A DNA stretch of 64,000 nt from Bacteroidota bacterium. GTDB taxonomy: Bacteria; Bacteroidota; Ignavibacteria; Ignavibacteriales; Melioribacteraceae. The notes below the pieces were generated by a model. That model had not been told where the DNA came from. It ran no database searches and was given only the letters and a program-made list of their open reading frames with translations. A program made the translations under genes and the position numbers. Location: NCBI GenBank assembly GCA_018818165.1, contig JAHISP010000014.1, positions 11,875 through 75,874 of the forward strand, given 5' to 3'. Below are positions 20,366 through 29,817 of this stretch, in pieces; the first letter of the stretch is position 1, and every line of letters begins with the position of its first letter.

Positions 20366-21916
20366 ATGAAACCAATTGTATGTGTATATCTTGAAGGATT
20401 AGAAGTTAAACTAGCTATTTTAAGCCGAGAAAAAAATCAACTCTTTCTTCATAAAACTCTAACGGTTAGTTCTAGTGGTTTAAAATCAGTAGATTCTACC
20501 GAACAAATTGGTAATTTTACTGAAGAATCAATTGGTATGGATGATCTTTCATTTGAATCATTAGATGTAATGAGTGATTTAAAAACAGAAAGTCAAAGTG
20601 ATTCATCAGAGATATCAAAGCTGGCTGCAAAATTAGTAGATTACGATTTATCAAAAGCTCAGTTTATTCCTGTTGTAACAGATCCAAATGCTACTTATCA
20701 TATTTATGAAGGTATACTTGAAAAAGATAAGAAAAAAAATATAGATAAAATTATTCTGGAAATTCAAAATTCAAAAGGTATTTTACTAACCAGAGACCAG
20801 ATTGACTATATTTCGCTAGATGAAAAAACTCATCTATGTGTATTTACAGAAATAAATGTTATTAGTGCAAATATTATAAATTCCCTTGCTTCATATAATG
20901 GCAAAAGATACTACAAAATTCACTCAATAAAAAGTGCAGAAATTGCTCTTGCTCATTTTGTCTCTCGAACAACAAAATTCTTTCCAGAGGATTACTCACT
21001 AATAATTTATATTGGAAAAGAATATAGTAAACTAATATTTTTAGAAGGGCAGAATCTAAAGCATATAGGTGCTACTCTAGATATAGGTGTTCAAAATCTG
21101 CATACTTACGATGTTTATTTTTCTAAAATACTTCTCGAAATGGAAAATGGCGGCATTCCTCGTCTTGATAATGTTGTTATTTGTGGTGATGATCGCTCTG
21201 AAAATCTTGTGCTTTCTTTTTATGGAACTTTCCCTGAAGCAAATGTATCTGAGTTGAAATTTGATATGTTTGATCTTCATAGTTTATCGGAAGACGAGCA
21301 AAAGGAAGTTTCATCATACACCATTCCTATTTCGGCTGCTTACGAATATTATGCAGAACAAGATAAAGAGTTACGAGGAATTAATATTCTTCCGAAGTAC
21401 ATTGTAGAAAATCAAAAATTTCTACAATTTGGTTGGCATAGTTTTGCTATTTTGCCATTATTGTTTTTTGTTACATTTTATTTCACATATAGCATGCTAT
21501 CAAATACTCAAGAAATGCGTGAATTAGATAATACTATATTTAATTTGGAACAGATGTCTATTCAAAACCAAACTATTCTTGATCAAATGAACCCATTATC
21601 CGAAAGAATTGCAAATTTTGCCAATACTCAATCTATTTTAGATTCCGCAATGAGTGGAACAGAAGTTTGGGGACAGACATTAGAAAAAATTTCTAATTTT
21701 GTTGAGCGAAGAAGTAATTTCTGGGTGTCACATTTTGAAACAAGGGATGGTAATAACGTTCTAATAAAAGGTTATTCGTTATCTAGAAATGTATTAACCG
21801 AATTTGCAGAGTACAGTAATTCTTCTATTCTACAGAATATTTTATACGAACCATTAAGAGAAAAAAATGCATTTGCATATACACTGATTTTTAAAATTGA
21901 GAAGAACAAAGAATAA
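20366..21916 (+). CDS. PilM-like cytoplasmic domain fused to a PilN-like TM/coiled-coil domain
   Basis: N-terminus IVCVYLEGLEVKLAIL resembles the PilM actin-like start. A single TM (FAILPLLFFVTFYFTYSML) near aa 360 is followed by a coiled-coil/periplasmic part. The position in the operon also fits. Confidence 0.5.
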   Translation: MKPIVCVYLEGLEVKLAILSREKNQLFLHKTLTVSSSGLKSVDSTEQIGNFTEESIGMDDLSFESLDVMSDLKTESQSDSSEISKLAAKLVDYDLSKAQFIPVVTDPNATYHIYEGILEKDKKKNIDKIILEIQNSKGILLTRDQIDYISLDEKTHLCVFTEINVISANIINSLASYNGKRYYKIHSIKSAEIALAHFVSRTTKFFPEDYSLIIYIGKEYSKLIFLEGQNLKHIGATLDIGVQNLHTYDVYFSKILLEMENGGIPRLDNVVICGDDRSENLVLSFYGTFPEANVSELKFDMFDLHSLSEDEQKEVSSYTIPISAAYEYYAEQDKELRGINILPKYIVENQKFLQFGWHSFAILPLLFFVTFYFTYSMLSNTQEMRELDNTIFNLEQMSIQNQTILDQMNPLSERIANFANTQSILDSAMSGTEVWGQTLEKISNFVERRSNFWVSHFETRDGNNVLIKGYSLSRNVLTEFAEYSNSSILQNILYEPLREKNAFAYTLIFKIEKNKE

Positions 21917-22824
21917 TGGACCGCAAACTAAAAAATACCGTAATATTAATAGCTTTGCTCCTTCTTATTATTGTGGTTGGTAGCGTTTTAACTTTTGTTA
22001 TGCAAGAAGGCGATATTGATTTAAAGAAAAAGCGAATTAATGAATTAAATCTCAACGCTCTTAATGCATATAACACAGTTGAGTTGAATGAACAATTAAA
22101 TACTTTGAAAAGAAGAGCAGCTGAACTTGATTCAATATTAGCACTTCGAAAATTTAATATTCCAGTAAATTTGTCTCAAGCTGAGTTTTTTAATTTTATT
22201 AATAAAGTTAGTTTTGGCTTTGCTCCAGAATCTAATGTTAATATTGAATACAAAGATATTGAACAATCTAAGGATTATAAATACTATAAATATCGTCTTT
22301 TCGGTACAGCCTTCTACAATGATGTTTATACTATGATATACGCAATTGAACAAAGTAAAGAATTGAAAAAAGTTCTTTCTTGTTCGTTTGATAATTTTGT
22401 TCAAGTAAATGAAGAAGGAATTCCGCAGTACTTTGTTACTTATAATATTGAATGCGCAGTATATTATTCAGATAATGATAGATACGCGTCATCAGTTTCA
22501 AAAGAGAATAGATTAACTCCAAACACCATTTACGATATTTTCTATCCGCTTATAAGAAATGAAATTCCTCCTAATATTGATGCATTGCTTGACGTACAAT
22601 CAGCACAACTCTTAGCCTTAATACCTGAGGGAGCTTTCCTTGTGGATTCTAAAGGAACAACATATTTGTTGTGGGAAGGTGATAAAGTATATCTTGGATA
22701 TTTAACTGAGATTGATTTCAATAATAATGTTGTTCACTTTATTTTAAATAAAGGTGGAATAATAGAAAAGCTTACACTTACTTTAGACAAAAAAGAAAAA
22801 GATGTAACAAAAATTAAAAATTAA
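21916..22824 (+). CDS. PilO-like bitopic pilus alignment protein
   Basis: N-terminal TM (VILIALLLLIIVVGSVLTFV) plus coiled coil. The start overlaps the upstream stop (TAATG). The assignment rests mainly on operon context. Confidence 0.35.
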   Translation: MDRKLKNTVILIALLLLIIVVGSVLTFVMQEGDIDLKKKRINELNLNALNAYNTVELNEQLNTLKRRAAELDSILALRKFNIPVNLSQAEFFNFINKVSFGFAPESNVNIEYKDIEQSKDYKYYKYRLFGTAFYNDVYTMIYAIEQSKELKKVLSCSFDNFVQVNEEGIPQYFVTYNIECAVYYSDNDRYASSVSKENRLTPNTIYDIFYPLIRNEIPPNIDALLDVQSAQLLALIPEGAFLVDSKGTTYLLWEGDKVYLGYLTEIDFNNNVVHFILNKGGIIEKLTLTLDKKEKDVTKIKN

Positions 22825-22906
22825 TTATGAAATACTAAATTGATTAATATGAATTCTATCTGGTTGATATTCAAAATTATTAACAGATAAAAACAGAGTG
22901 AATAAA

Positions 22907-24169
22907 ATGAAAAAGAAAACTATACTACTGATACTATTATTTACAATTCCTATGTTTGGTCAAAAGGAATTGGAGAAGAGACTAAGCCAATATGTAAATC
23001 CAAATGAGATTGTTTCGCTCGCAGAACATATTCCATTTGATAAAGCTATTGAAGTATTGAGCAAAGTTAGTGAGAAGATTACGGGCAAATCAATTATTTT
23101 ATCTGAAAGCGATACTGAACCAATTGGAATTGAAATTACAAGAATGCCTTATATGCGAGCGTTAAATATTATTGTTAATTATCACAAAAAAGTATATATA
23201 GAGGATGCTGATAAAATAGTGGTTAAATTGGAAGTTAATGCTGGGGAAAAGCTAGGTAGTGAAGTTTATGCTCCAGTAGATTCTCGAGAAGTTAAAATTT
23301 CAGCTATCTTTTTTGAAGCCAATATTTCAGATATGAAAGAACGAGGAATTGATTGGGAAATGTTAATTCAGAAAACTGGATTAAGTTTTGGTGCTAAATT
23401 AACTTCATTTACGCAGGAACAAGCAACAACTGGTTCATCTTCAGCTGCAACAGCTTCGGCGCATGAATTTACCCTTGGAAATTCAACATCTTTTGAAGCG
23501 GGTGATTTTTCAGGCGATGTTGTTGGGGCATTTAAATTCTTTGAAACAAACGGTCTTGGTGAATTAATAGCTAGACCAACAATTACTGTTCGAGATAAAA
23601 CTACTGGTCGAATTCAAATTGGATCTGATATTTCAATAAAAGAACGTGATTTTTCTGGAAATATTATTGACAGATTTTATTCCACTGGAACTATTGTTGA
23701 AGTTAAACCATATTTCTATAATGAAGAGGGAGTTGATTATATTTTGTTAAAACTTCAAGCAGAAAGAAGTTCAGCAAACCCTGGTGAAATTTCTACGGAA
23801 ATAAGAAAAACTGTTGCTAACACCGAGGTTTTAATGCTGGATGGAGAAGAGACTATTATTGGAGGTCTTTTTACAAACGAAGAAGTAATTACAAGAAGTG
23901 GAATTCCATTTTTAAAAGATTTGCCTTGGTGGGTTTTTGGAATAAGATATTTAACTGGTTCGGATGTTACACAAATAATTAAAAGAGAAATAATAATATT
24001 AATAGATGTTGAAATTATCCCTCCTTTAAAAGAAAGAATTGCAAATAAAAAAGAAGATTTGATTAGAAAATCAATACTGGAAAACAATAATTATATCAAA
24101 GATGTACAAAAACAAAATGTTGATGCACACATTGAGCAAAACAGTGTTGACAAAAAAAATGAGAAATAG
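22907..24169 (+). CDS. pilQ: Secretin (PilQ/GspD family), short form
   Basis: Signal peptide. C-terminal secretin signature ETIIGGLFTNEEVITRSGIPFLKDLPWWVFGIRYL. Confidence 0.8.
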   Translation: MKKKTILLILLFTIPMFGQKELEKRLSQYVNPNEIVSLAEHIPFDKAIEVLSKVSEKITGKSIILSESDTEPIGIEITRMPYMRALNIIVNYHKKVYIEDADKIVVKLEVNAGEKLGSEVYAPVDSREVKISAIFFEANISDMKERGIDWEMLIQKTGLSFGAKLTSFTQEQATTGSSSAATASAHEFTLGNSTSFEAGDFSGDVVGAFKFFETNGLGELIARPTITVRDKTTGRIQIGSDISIKERDFSGNIIDRFYSTGTIVEVKPYFYNEEGVDYILLKLQAERSSANPGEISTEIRKTVANTEVLMLDGEETIIGGLFTNEEVITRSGIPFLKDLPWWVFGIRYLTGSDVTQIIKREIIILIDVEIIPPLKERIANKKEDLIRKSILENNNYIKDVQKQNVDAHIEQNSVDKKNEK

Positions 24170-24171
24170 TT

Positions 24172-24555
24172 GTGGATAAATTATTAATAGTTGATGATGA
24201 ATTTAAATTATGTGCAACTCTTGCTGAAGATTTAAATGAAATTGGTTACTTTACACATTTTGTACAAAATGTTGATGATGCACTTAAATATATTGATTCG
24301 TCAGAAGTTAGTTTGATTTTGCTTGACCTAAAAATGCCCGAAAAAGATGGATTCTGTTTGCTATCAGAAATACAAAAGAGGGAAATGGATATTAAAATTA
24401 TTGTTTTAACTGCAAATGTTGACGTTGAAAGTGCGTTAAAAGCTGCAACTTTGGGAGTAGATGAATATATTATGAAACCATTTAAGTTTGATAAACTTCT
24501 TTTAACTATTCGACGTGTAATGCAGAAAAAATCTTATCTTAAGATGAAAACATAA
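24172..24555 (+). CDS. Single-domain response regulator (CheY-like)
   Basis: GTG start. LIVDDE, LILLDLKMPEKDG, LTA and KPF receiver motifs. Confidence 0.9.
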   Translation: MDKLLIVDDEFKLCATLAEDLNEIGYFTHFVQNVDDALKYIDSSEVSLILLDLKMPEKDGFCLLSEIQKREMDIKIIVLTANVDVESALKAATLGVDEYIMKPFKFDKLLLTIRRVMQKKSYLKMKT

Positions 24556-24590
24556 GTTTAATTTTTTAATTAATTAATAGAATCAAGCGA

Positions 24591-27500
24591 ATGAAGATTA
24601 ATGTTAGACTATTGCTAATAACTTTTATTATAATTGTTATTATATCCCTATCATCTACATTTATTTTTTATTCAACAACCACGTCACTCCTAAAAAATCA
24701 ATATTCTAAAACTTTACTAAATTCCAATACTGATTTTAGTCTTGCTTTCCAGAATCTTGTTGGTTCACTTGATAATGAATTATATGAGATAACCGAGAAT
24801 AAAAATTATTCCTCAATGCAACTAATTGATTTAGATTTTATCTTTTCAATTACTGATAAGAGGAAAATTATTATTGAAAGCGCAGTTTTTAGTAGTAATA
24901 TTAACATAGCATTGTTTACAGATTCATTTGATGAATTTTTAATAAATTATCCTAATATTATTCTTAAATATTATCAGAATAACGAAAAGCAAGCTTATTT
25001 TTATGGCAAAATTATCAACGAAGATATTTTGAATGATTTAAGCGAAAAGATTAGAGCAGAGGTTGTCTTAATTATAAAAAAAACTCCCTATTTGGCATCG
25101 CATCAAACTAATAATGAGGTATATTTTCCAATAGTTTTTGAAGCAACAAATAAAAACATTTCAAACCAAAAATTTAATATGTTTTATAAAGAATTAGATA
25201 ATAGCGATTTCTTTGCAAATAAATATATTCCTGAATATTTGATATTTTCTCATGAACCAATACAATTTTTAATATTTAATTTACCAACCGATTTAGCCGA
25301 ATTTAGAGAAAAAATACAGTCAATTGCTTTAACTATTGCACTAGCTGGTGTTTTGCTATCATTAGTTTTTGTGCTTCTGTTTACCACAAAAATTAGGAAA
25401 CAAATTTCATTGCTTAGCGAAGCAACACGAATAATTACAAAAGGTGATTTATCATATAGGGTTTCAATTATTTCTAATGATGAATTGGGAAGACTTGGAA
25501 AAATATTTAATGATATGCTCGATCATATTCAATTAAATGAAAAAGCAGAAAGAGAATACAGTGAATTAATTACAATAATTAATAAAACTCCTTTATTAAA
25601 AGCACTTGCTGATTCGGTTCTAGAAAAAATTATTCAAACTACTTCTATTTCATTTGGGGTTTTATATTTAGTTGAAAATAATAATGCAAAACCACTTTCT
25701 ACATATGGTATAAGTCATTCAGTACTTAAAATTCATGATTCAACTAGTTTTTATTCAGATGTAATTGCCAATAAAAAAACAGTTGAGCTTACCTTTAGTG
25801 ATAATCCACCAAGTATTAAAACTGGTTTGGCTGAAATTAAAATTAAATATTTACTAATAATGCCTATTTTATTTAACAAAACAGTTATAGGTATTATTGA
25901 ATTGGCTAGTGAACATACTCCCGAAATATCTCCGCTAAATTATTTAAATAAAATTAAAGATCAATTGGCTGTTGGGTTAAATAGTTCACTTTCATACGAG
26001 CGGTTAGAAAACTTGGTAAATGAGTTACGCATACTTAATGAAGAATATCACAAACAAAATTTACAGATATCTGAACAAAACACAGAATTGTTAAACTTAC
26101 ATAACGAACTAAAAAAACAAGCTGGTGAGTTAGAAGAACAAAGGAAAAGGGCGGTTGAACTTTCGCATGTTAAGTCGCAATTTTTAGCAAATATGTCGCA
26201 TGAACTCCGAACACCATTAAATTCAATTCTTGGGTTAACTGAACTTATTGCGGAAGATTCATCAACATTTACAAAAACAAAAGATAGATTAAAAATTGTT
26301 TTGCGTAATGGCAAAAAACTGCTGGCAATGATTAATAATATTCTAGAGTTTTCAAAAATTGAATCGGGCAAATTTGAAGTTAACAAATCTAATTTTATTT
26401 TAAGTGAGTTTCTAGTTGATATATATAATGCTATTGAACCACTTATTAGTGAAAAGGGACTTAATTTTGAGATTCTTTTCGATAGCAATTACGATTTATT
26501 AATTAATACGGACAGACATAAGTTAGAACAAATTCTATTAAATTTGCTGAGTAATGCTATTAAATTTACCGAGATTGGTGGAATTAAAGTAGAATTTTTA
26601 GTCATTGAAAATATTTCAATTAAAATTAATGTTGTGGATACTGGCATTGGTATTTCTGATGAGGATAAAGAAAGAATATTTAATGAGTTTGAACAAGTGG
26701 ATTTTACGTCTTCAAGAAAATACCAAGGTGCTGGTTTAGGATTAGCTATTTGTAGGAAATATGCAGAATTACTTGGGGGTGAAATATCTGTAGTAAGTAA
26801 TATTGTGCGAGGAGCCACATTCTCAATTAGTTTGAAAAATGTTGTTCTAGAAAAATATGTAATAAATAAAAAACTTCTATTAAAAAACAAAATTGCAAAT
26901 TCTGGACAAGAAGTAAGAAAAATTGCCATTCTTCAAGATGAAGAGAATGGTAATAGAGATGTATTAAAATATTTTGAAAAAAACAATTATGATATTATTG
27001 AGTGTACCACAAAATTTGGTACTTTAAATCAACTTGAAAATAGAAGTTTGGATGGTATTATATTTAATTTCAACTATAACTTAAAAGATGATTGGGATTT
27101 ATTATTTACTCTTAAGCAAAACGAAAGTACTAAAGAACTTCCTATTGCAGTCTATACTGAAGATTCGAGCGAAAGTCTGTTTTTTTCTGGAAAGGATTTT
27201 GATTATATCACAATTTTTGAAGATACAGATTACTTAAAAAAACTTTTTGAACTGCTTATTATTCAATATAGTCAAATAAAATCAGTTCAAATTATTAGTA
27301 GTAACAAAGATGAAATTGAAAAAAATATTTTAGAAATTAATACTGAGTTATCAATAATTAATAACTTCAATGGGGAGTTATCTAATGTAATAATTAATGA
27401 GAGCATTAGTTTAGTAATTATTGATGCACATTTAGTAAATAATAAAAACTATGAAACATTAAAAAACTTAAAAATTCCTATACTTATTTATTTAAATCAA

Positions 27501-28070
27501 AGTATAATTGAGGAACATTTATCAATTATTAGGAATAATTGGAGAAATCTTTCAACTGATTATTCAAAACCCAAAGAAGATGTTTATAAATCAATTAACC
27601 AAAAAATAACCTTGAATAAAAAAGTAAAAAAAAGTATGTCTTCATTTATTGAGAATACGGAAAAAATAAATATTTCAGAAAAAATTGAATCATTTAATGT
27701 TCTTGTTGTTGATGACGATAAAGATGCTCAGTTTACAGTAGGTGAAATCTTAAAAACTATTGGCTGTGAAATATCTTTTGCCGATAACGGAGTGGAATGT
27801 TTATCAATTTTAAGAGAATATAAACCTGATTTAATATTATTGGATATTATGATGCCTATCATGGATGGTTTTGAAACAATTAAAAAGATAAGAAACAATG
27901 AAAAGACCCAAAATATGAATGTATATGCTATTACTGCCCAAGCAATGTTGGACGACATAAATATTATTAAAAATAACGGATTTGATGACTTAATTACAAA
28001 ACCTGTAAACGCATCAGCTCTGGCATTCAAAATTAAAAAAGCAATGGAAAAAAGGGCCATAAAAATATGA
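24591..28070 (+). CDS. Hybrid sensor histidine kinase (periplasmic domain-TM-HAMP-GAF-HisKA-HATPase-linker-REC)
   Basis: Two TM segments flank a ~210-aa extracytoplasmic region. HAMP (ITKGDLSYRV...DELGRLG), H-box SHELRTPLN, G-boxes DTGIGI / GAGLGLAI. C-terminal REC VLVVDDDKDA...LLDIMMPIMDG...KP. Confidence 0.9.
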   Translation: MKINVRLLLITFIIIVIISLSSTFIFYSTTTSLLKNQYSKTLLNSNTDFSLAFQNLVGSLDNELYEITENKNYSSMQLIDLDFIFSITDKRKIIIESAVFSSNINIALFTDSFDEFLINYPNIILKYYQNNEKQAYFYGKIINEDILNDLSEKIRAEVVLIIKKTPYLASHQTNNEVYFPIVFEATNKNISNQKFNMFYKELDNSDFFANKYIPEYLIFSHEPIQFLIFNLPTDLAEFREKIQSIALTIALAGVLLSLVFVLLFTTKIRKQISLLSEATRIITKGDLSYRVSIISNDELGRLGKIFNDMLDHIQLNEKAEREYSELITIINKTPLLKALADSVLEKIIQTTSISFGVLYLVENNNAKPLSTYGISHSVLKIHDSTSFYSDVIANKKTVELTFSDNPPSIKTGLAEIKIKYLLIMPILFNKTVIGIIELASEHTPEISPLNYLNKIKDQLAVGLNSSLSYERLENLVNELRILNEEYHKQNLQISEQNTELLNLHNELKKQAGELEEQRKRAVELSHVKSQFLANMSHELRTPLNSILGLTELIAEDSSTFTKTKDRLKIVLRNGKKLLAMINNILEFSKIESGKFEVNKSNFILSEFLVDIYNAIEPLISEKGLNFEILFDSNYDLLINTDRHKLEQILLNLLSNAIKFTEIGGIKVEFLVIENISIKINVVDTGIGISDEDKERIFNEFEQVDFTSSRKYQGAGLGLAICRKYAELLGGEISVVSNIVRGATFSISLKNVVLEKYVINKKLLLKNKIANSGQEVRKIAILQDEENGNRDVLKYFEKNNYDIIECTTKFGTLNQLENRSLDGIIFNFNYNLKDDWDLLFTLKQNESTKELPIAVYTEDSSESLFFSGKDFDYITIFEDTDYLKKLFELLIIQYSQIKSVQIISSNKDEIEKNILEINTELSIINNFNGELSNVIINESISLVIIDAHLVNNKNYETLKNLKIPILIYLNQSIIEEHLSIIRNNWRNLSTDYSKPKEDVYKSINQKITLNKKVKKSMSSFIENTEKINISEKIESFNVLVVDDDKDAQFTVGEILKTIGCEISFADNGVECLSILREYKPDLILLDIMMPIMDGFETIKKIRNNEKTQNMNVYAITAQAMLDDINIIKNNGFDDLITKPVNASALAFKIKKAMEKRAIKI

Positions 28071-28744
28071 AAAAAGTATTAGTTGTAGATGATCAAAAAG
28101 ATAACGTTTTTGTCCTGGAAGATAGATTAAAGCGTGAAGGTTATGAAATATTAAAAGCTTATAATGGTAAGGACTGCATTGAAATTGCCGAAGGACAATT
28201 GCCAGATCTTATATTATTGGATGTTATGATGCCTGGATTGTCGGGGTTTGAAGTTTGTAAGATTTTAACCACATCAAAAATAACCAAGAATATTCCTGTT
28301 ATATTAGTTACAGCGTTAAACGAAGCTGCCGATTTAAATGAAGGATTTATAGCTGGTGCTTTTGATTATATTAAAAAACCATTTAATAGAATTGAGCTTA
28401 TTGCTAGAGTTAAAGCGGCTTTGAGATTTAGCGAGTTGCAAAATGTTATGTTGGAATTTGAAAAAATTAGAACATTTTCTGCTACTGTTTCAACTGCAAA
28501 TCACGAAATAAAGCAACCGCTTACACTTATAAACTTGTCTACCGCAGCACTTAATCGTGAGTTGGGAAAGGATGAAATCAATAAAGAAGCTATATTAAAA
28601 AGGATTGGATTTATTGAAGATGCAACACGCGATATCATATCGGTTTTAGATAAATTAAGCGCAATAAAAAGTCCTGTGCTTACAGATTGGGTTAATGATG
28701 TTAAGTTAGTTGATTTATCTAATGGCAATTTGAAAAACAATTAA
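28067..28744 (+). CDS. Response-regulator receiver fused to a HisKA-like (DHp) domain without an ATPase domain
   Basis: The ATGA overlaps the upstream stop. REC motifs VLVVDDQ and LLDVMMPGLSG. C-terminal H-box-like TANHEIKQPLT with no HATPase_c after it. Confidence 0.85.
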   Translation: MKKVLVVDDQKDNVFVLEDRLKREGYEILKAYNGKDCIEIAEGQLPDLILLDVMMPGLSGFEVCKILTTSKITKNIPVILVTALNEAADLNEGFIAGAFDYIKKPFNRIELIARVKAALRFSELQNVMLEFEKIRTFSATVSTANHEIKQPLTLINLSTAALNRELGKDEINKEAILKRIGFIEDATRDIISVLDKLSAIKSPVLTDWVNDVKLVDLSNGNLKNN

Positions 28745-29793
28745 TCAAGAAGTGTTTTTATAATTTCGAGCATATCATCAAAACTCCAAGGTTTTTTAAT
28801 TTTCCTATTAATATTTAGGTCAGTGTAATTTTTTTCAATTACCTCTTGAGAGCCTGTTGTTAATATTATTGGTATTTCTAAATTGATGTTTCTAATATGT
28901 TTAATGCACTCTAATCCATCAACAAAAGGCATCATTTTATCAATAATCACTAAATCGAATTTGGTTTTTTTAAATTTATTTAATGCTATTTTACCATCAA
29001 GTGCGGTAATAACCTCATAATTATAAGTTTCAAGTAATTCAGAAAATAATTCGAGTATTATTTTATCATCATCAGCTAAAAGTATTTTGTGTGAGTTTGT
29101 TAAACTGGGTTCAATTTTTATTTTCTTTATTGAAGGAAGTGTTATAATAAATTCTGTACCACTATTTACTTCACTAATAACATTAATACTCCCACGATGA
29201 TCTTCTATTATTTCTTTTACAATTGTTAACCCTAATCCTAAGTTTGATTTTCTTTTTTTAGAACTATAGCCTTCATTAAAAATATTTTTTAATTTAGCTG
29301 GCGAAATGCCAACACCACTATCTTTAATTGAAATAATAACCGAGTTCCTGCTTCTGTTATTTTTTACAGAAAATATTATTGAACCAGTATTATTAATTGA
29401 TTCTACTGCATTAACTAATAAGTTCAAAAAAGACCTATATAAATCAGTATAATTTGCGTTTACTTTGTCCAAATATTTGCCAAACCTAAAACTTAGCTTA
29501 ATTCCTCTGGGCAATGTGGGCTTAATTGTTGATTCAAGATTTGCAATAACATCAACTATTTCAATAATATTTTTTTGCTTATTTCTGTTGTTTGATATGC
29601 TGTTAATAATATCAATTGCTTGTAAGGAATTTGTTTTAATTGTTCGTAGTAATCTTGAAGCTTTTTGGTTTTCTTGAAAAAGGTTTTCCAAAATTTCTGT
29701 AGAGGCAAGAGTGCTTGTGAAAATATTATTTAAATCATGAATAATTTGTTTCGTTTGTGACAAAGGTTTAGATTTATCAAGTTCATTTGGCAT
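28741..29793 (-). CDS. Cytoplasmic histidine kinase with a C-terminal receiver (no recognisable sensor domain)
   Basis: H-box IIHDLNNIF, N-box LLVNAVES, G-boxes DSGVGI / LGLGLTIV. REC ILLADDDK...IIDKMMPFVDG. Confidence 0.85.
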   Translation of the reverse strand: MPNELDKSKPLSQTKQIIHDLNNIFTSTLASTEILENLFQENQKASRLLRTIKTNSLQAIDIINSISNNRNKQKNIIEIVDVIANLESTIKPTLPRGIKLSFRFGKYLDKVNANYTDLYRSFLNLLVNAVESINNTGSIIFSVKNNRSRNSVIISIKDSGVGISPAKLKNIFNEGYSSKKRKSNLGLGLTIVKEIIEDHRGSINVISEVNSGTEFIITLPSIKKIKIEPSLTNSHKILLADDDKIILELFSELLETYNYEVITALDGKIALNKFKKTKFDLVIIDKMMPFVDGLECIKHIRNINLEIPIILTTGSQEVIEKNYTDLNINRKIKKPWSFDDMLEIIKTLLD

Positions 29794-29817
29794 TTGAAAC
29801 TTCCAGAAATTAAAAAA

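Noticed and set aside
21425-21440. A sigma54-like TGGCATAGTTTTGCT.
   Set aside because: The GG-to-GC spacing is one nt too short, and the site lies inside the PilM/N-like coding region.
26048-26929. Two 146-aa minus-strand ORFs inside the hybrid kinase gene. Similar antisense ORFs occur elsewhere (992-1336, 2701-3006, 11593-11982, 15081-15587, 23755-24087, 27728-28060, 46775-47092, 49854-50204).
   Set aside because: They are antisense to well-supported genes, with S/F/I/L-rich composition typical of the reverse frame of AT-rich coding DNA.
28741-28744. A four-nt overlap of convergent genes sharing TTAA as the stop codon on both strands.
   Set aside because: A trivial consequence of the palindromic TTAA, with no evidence of function.
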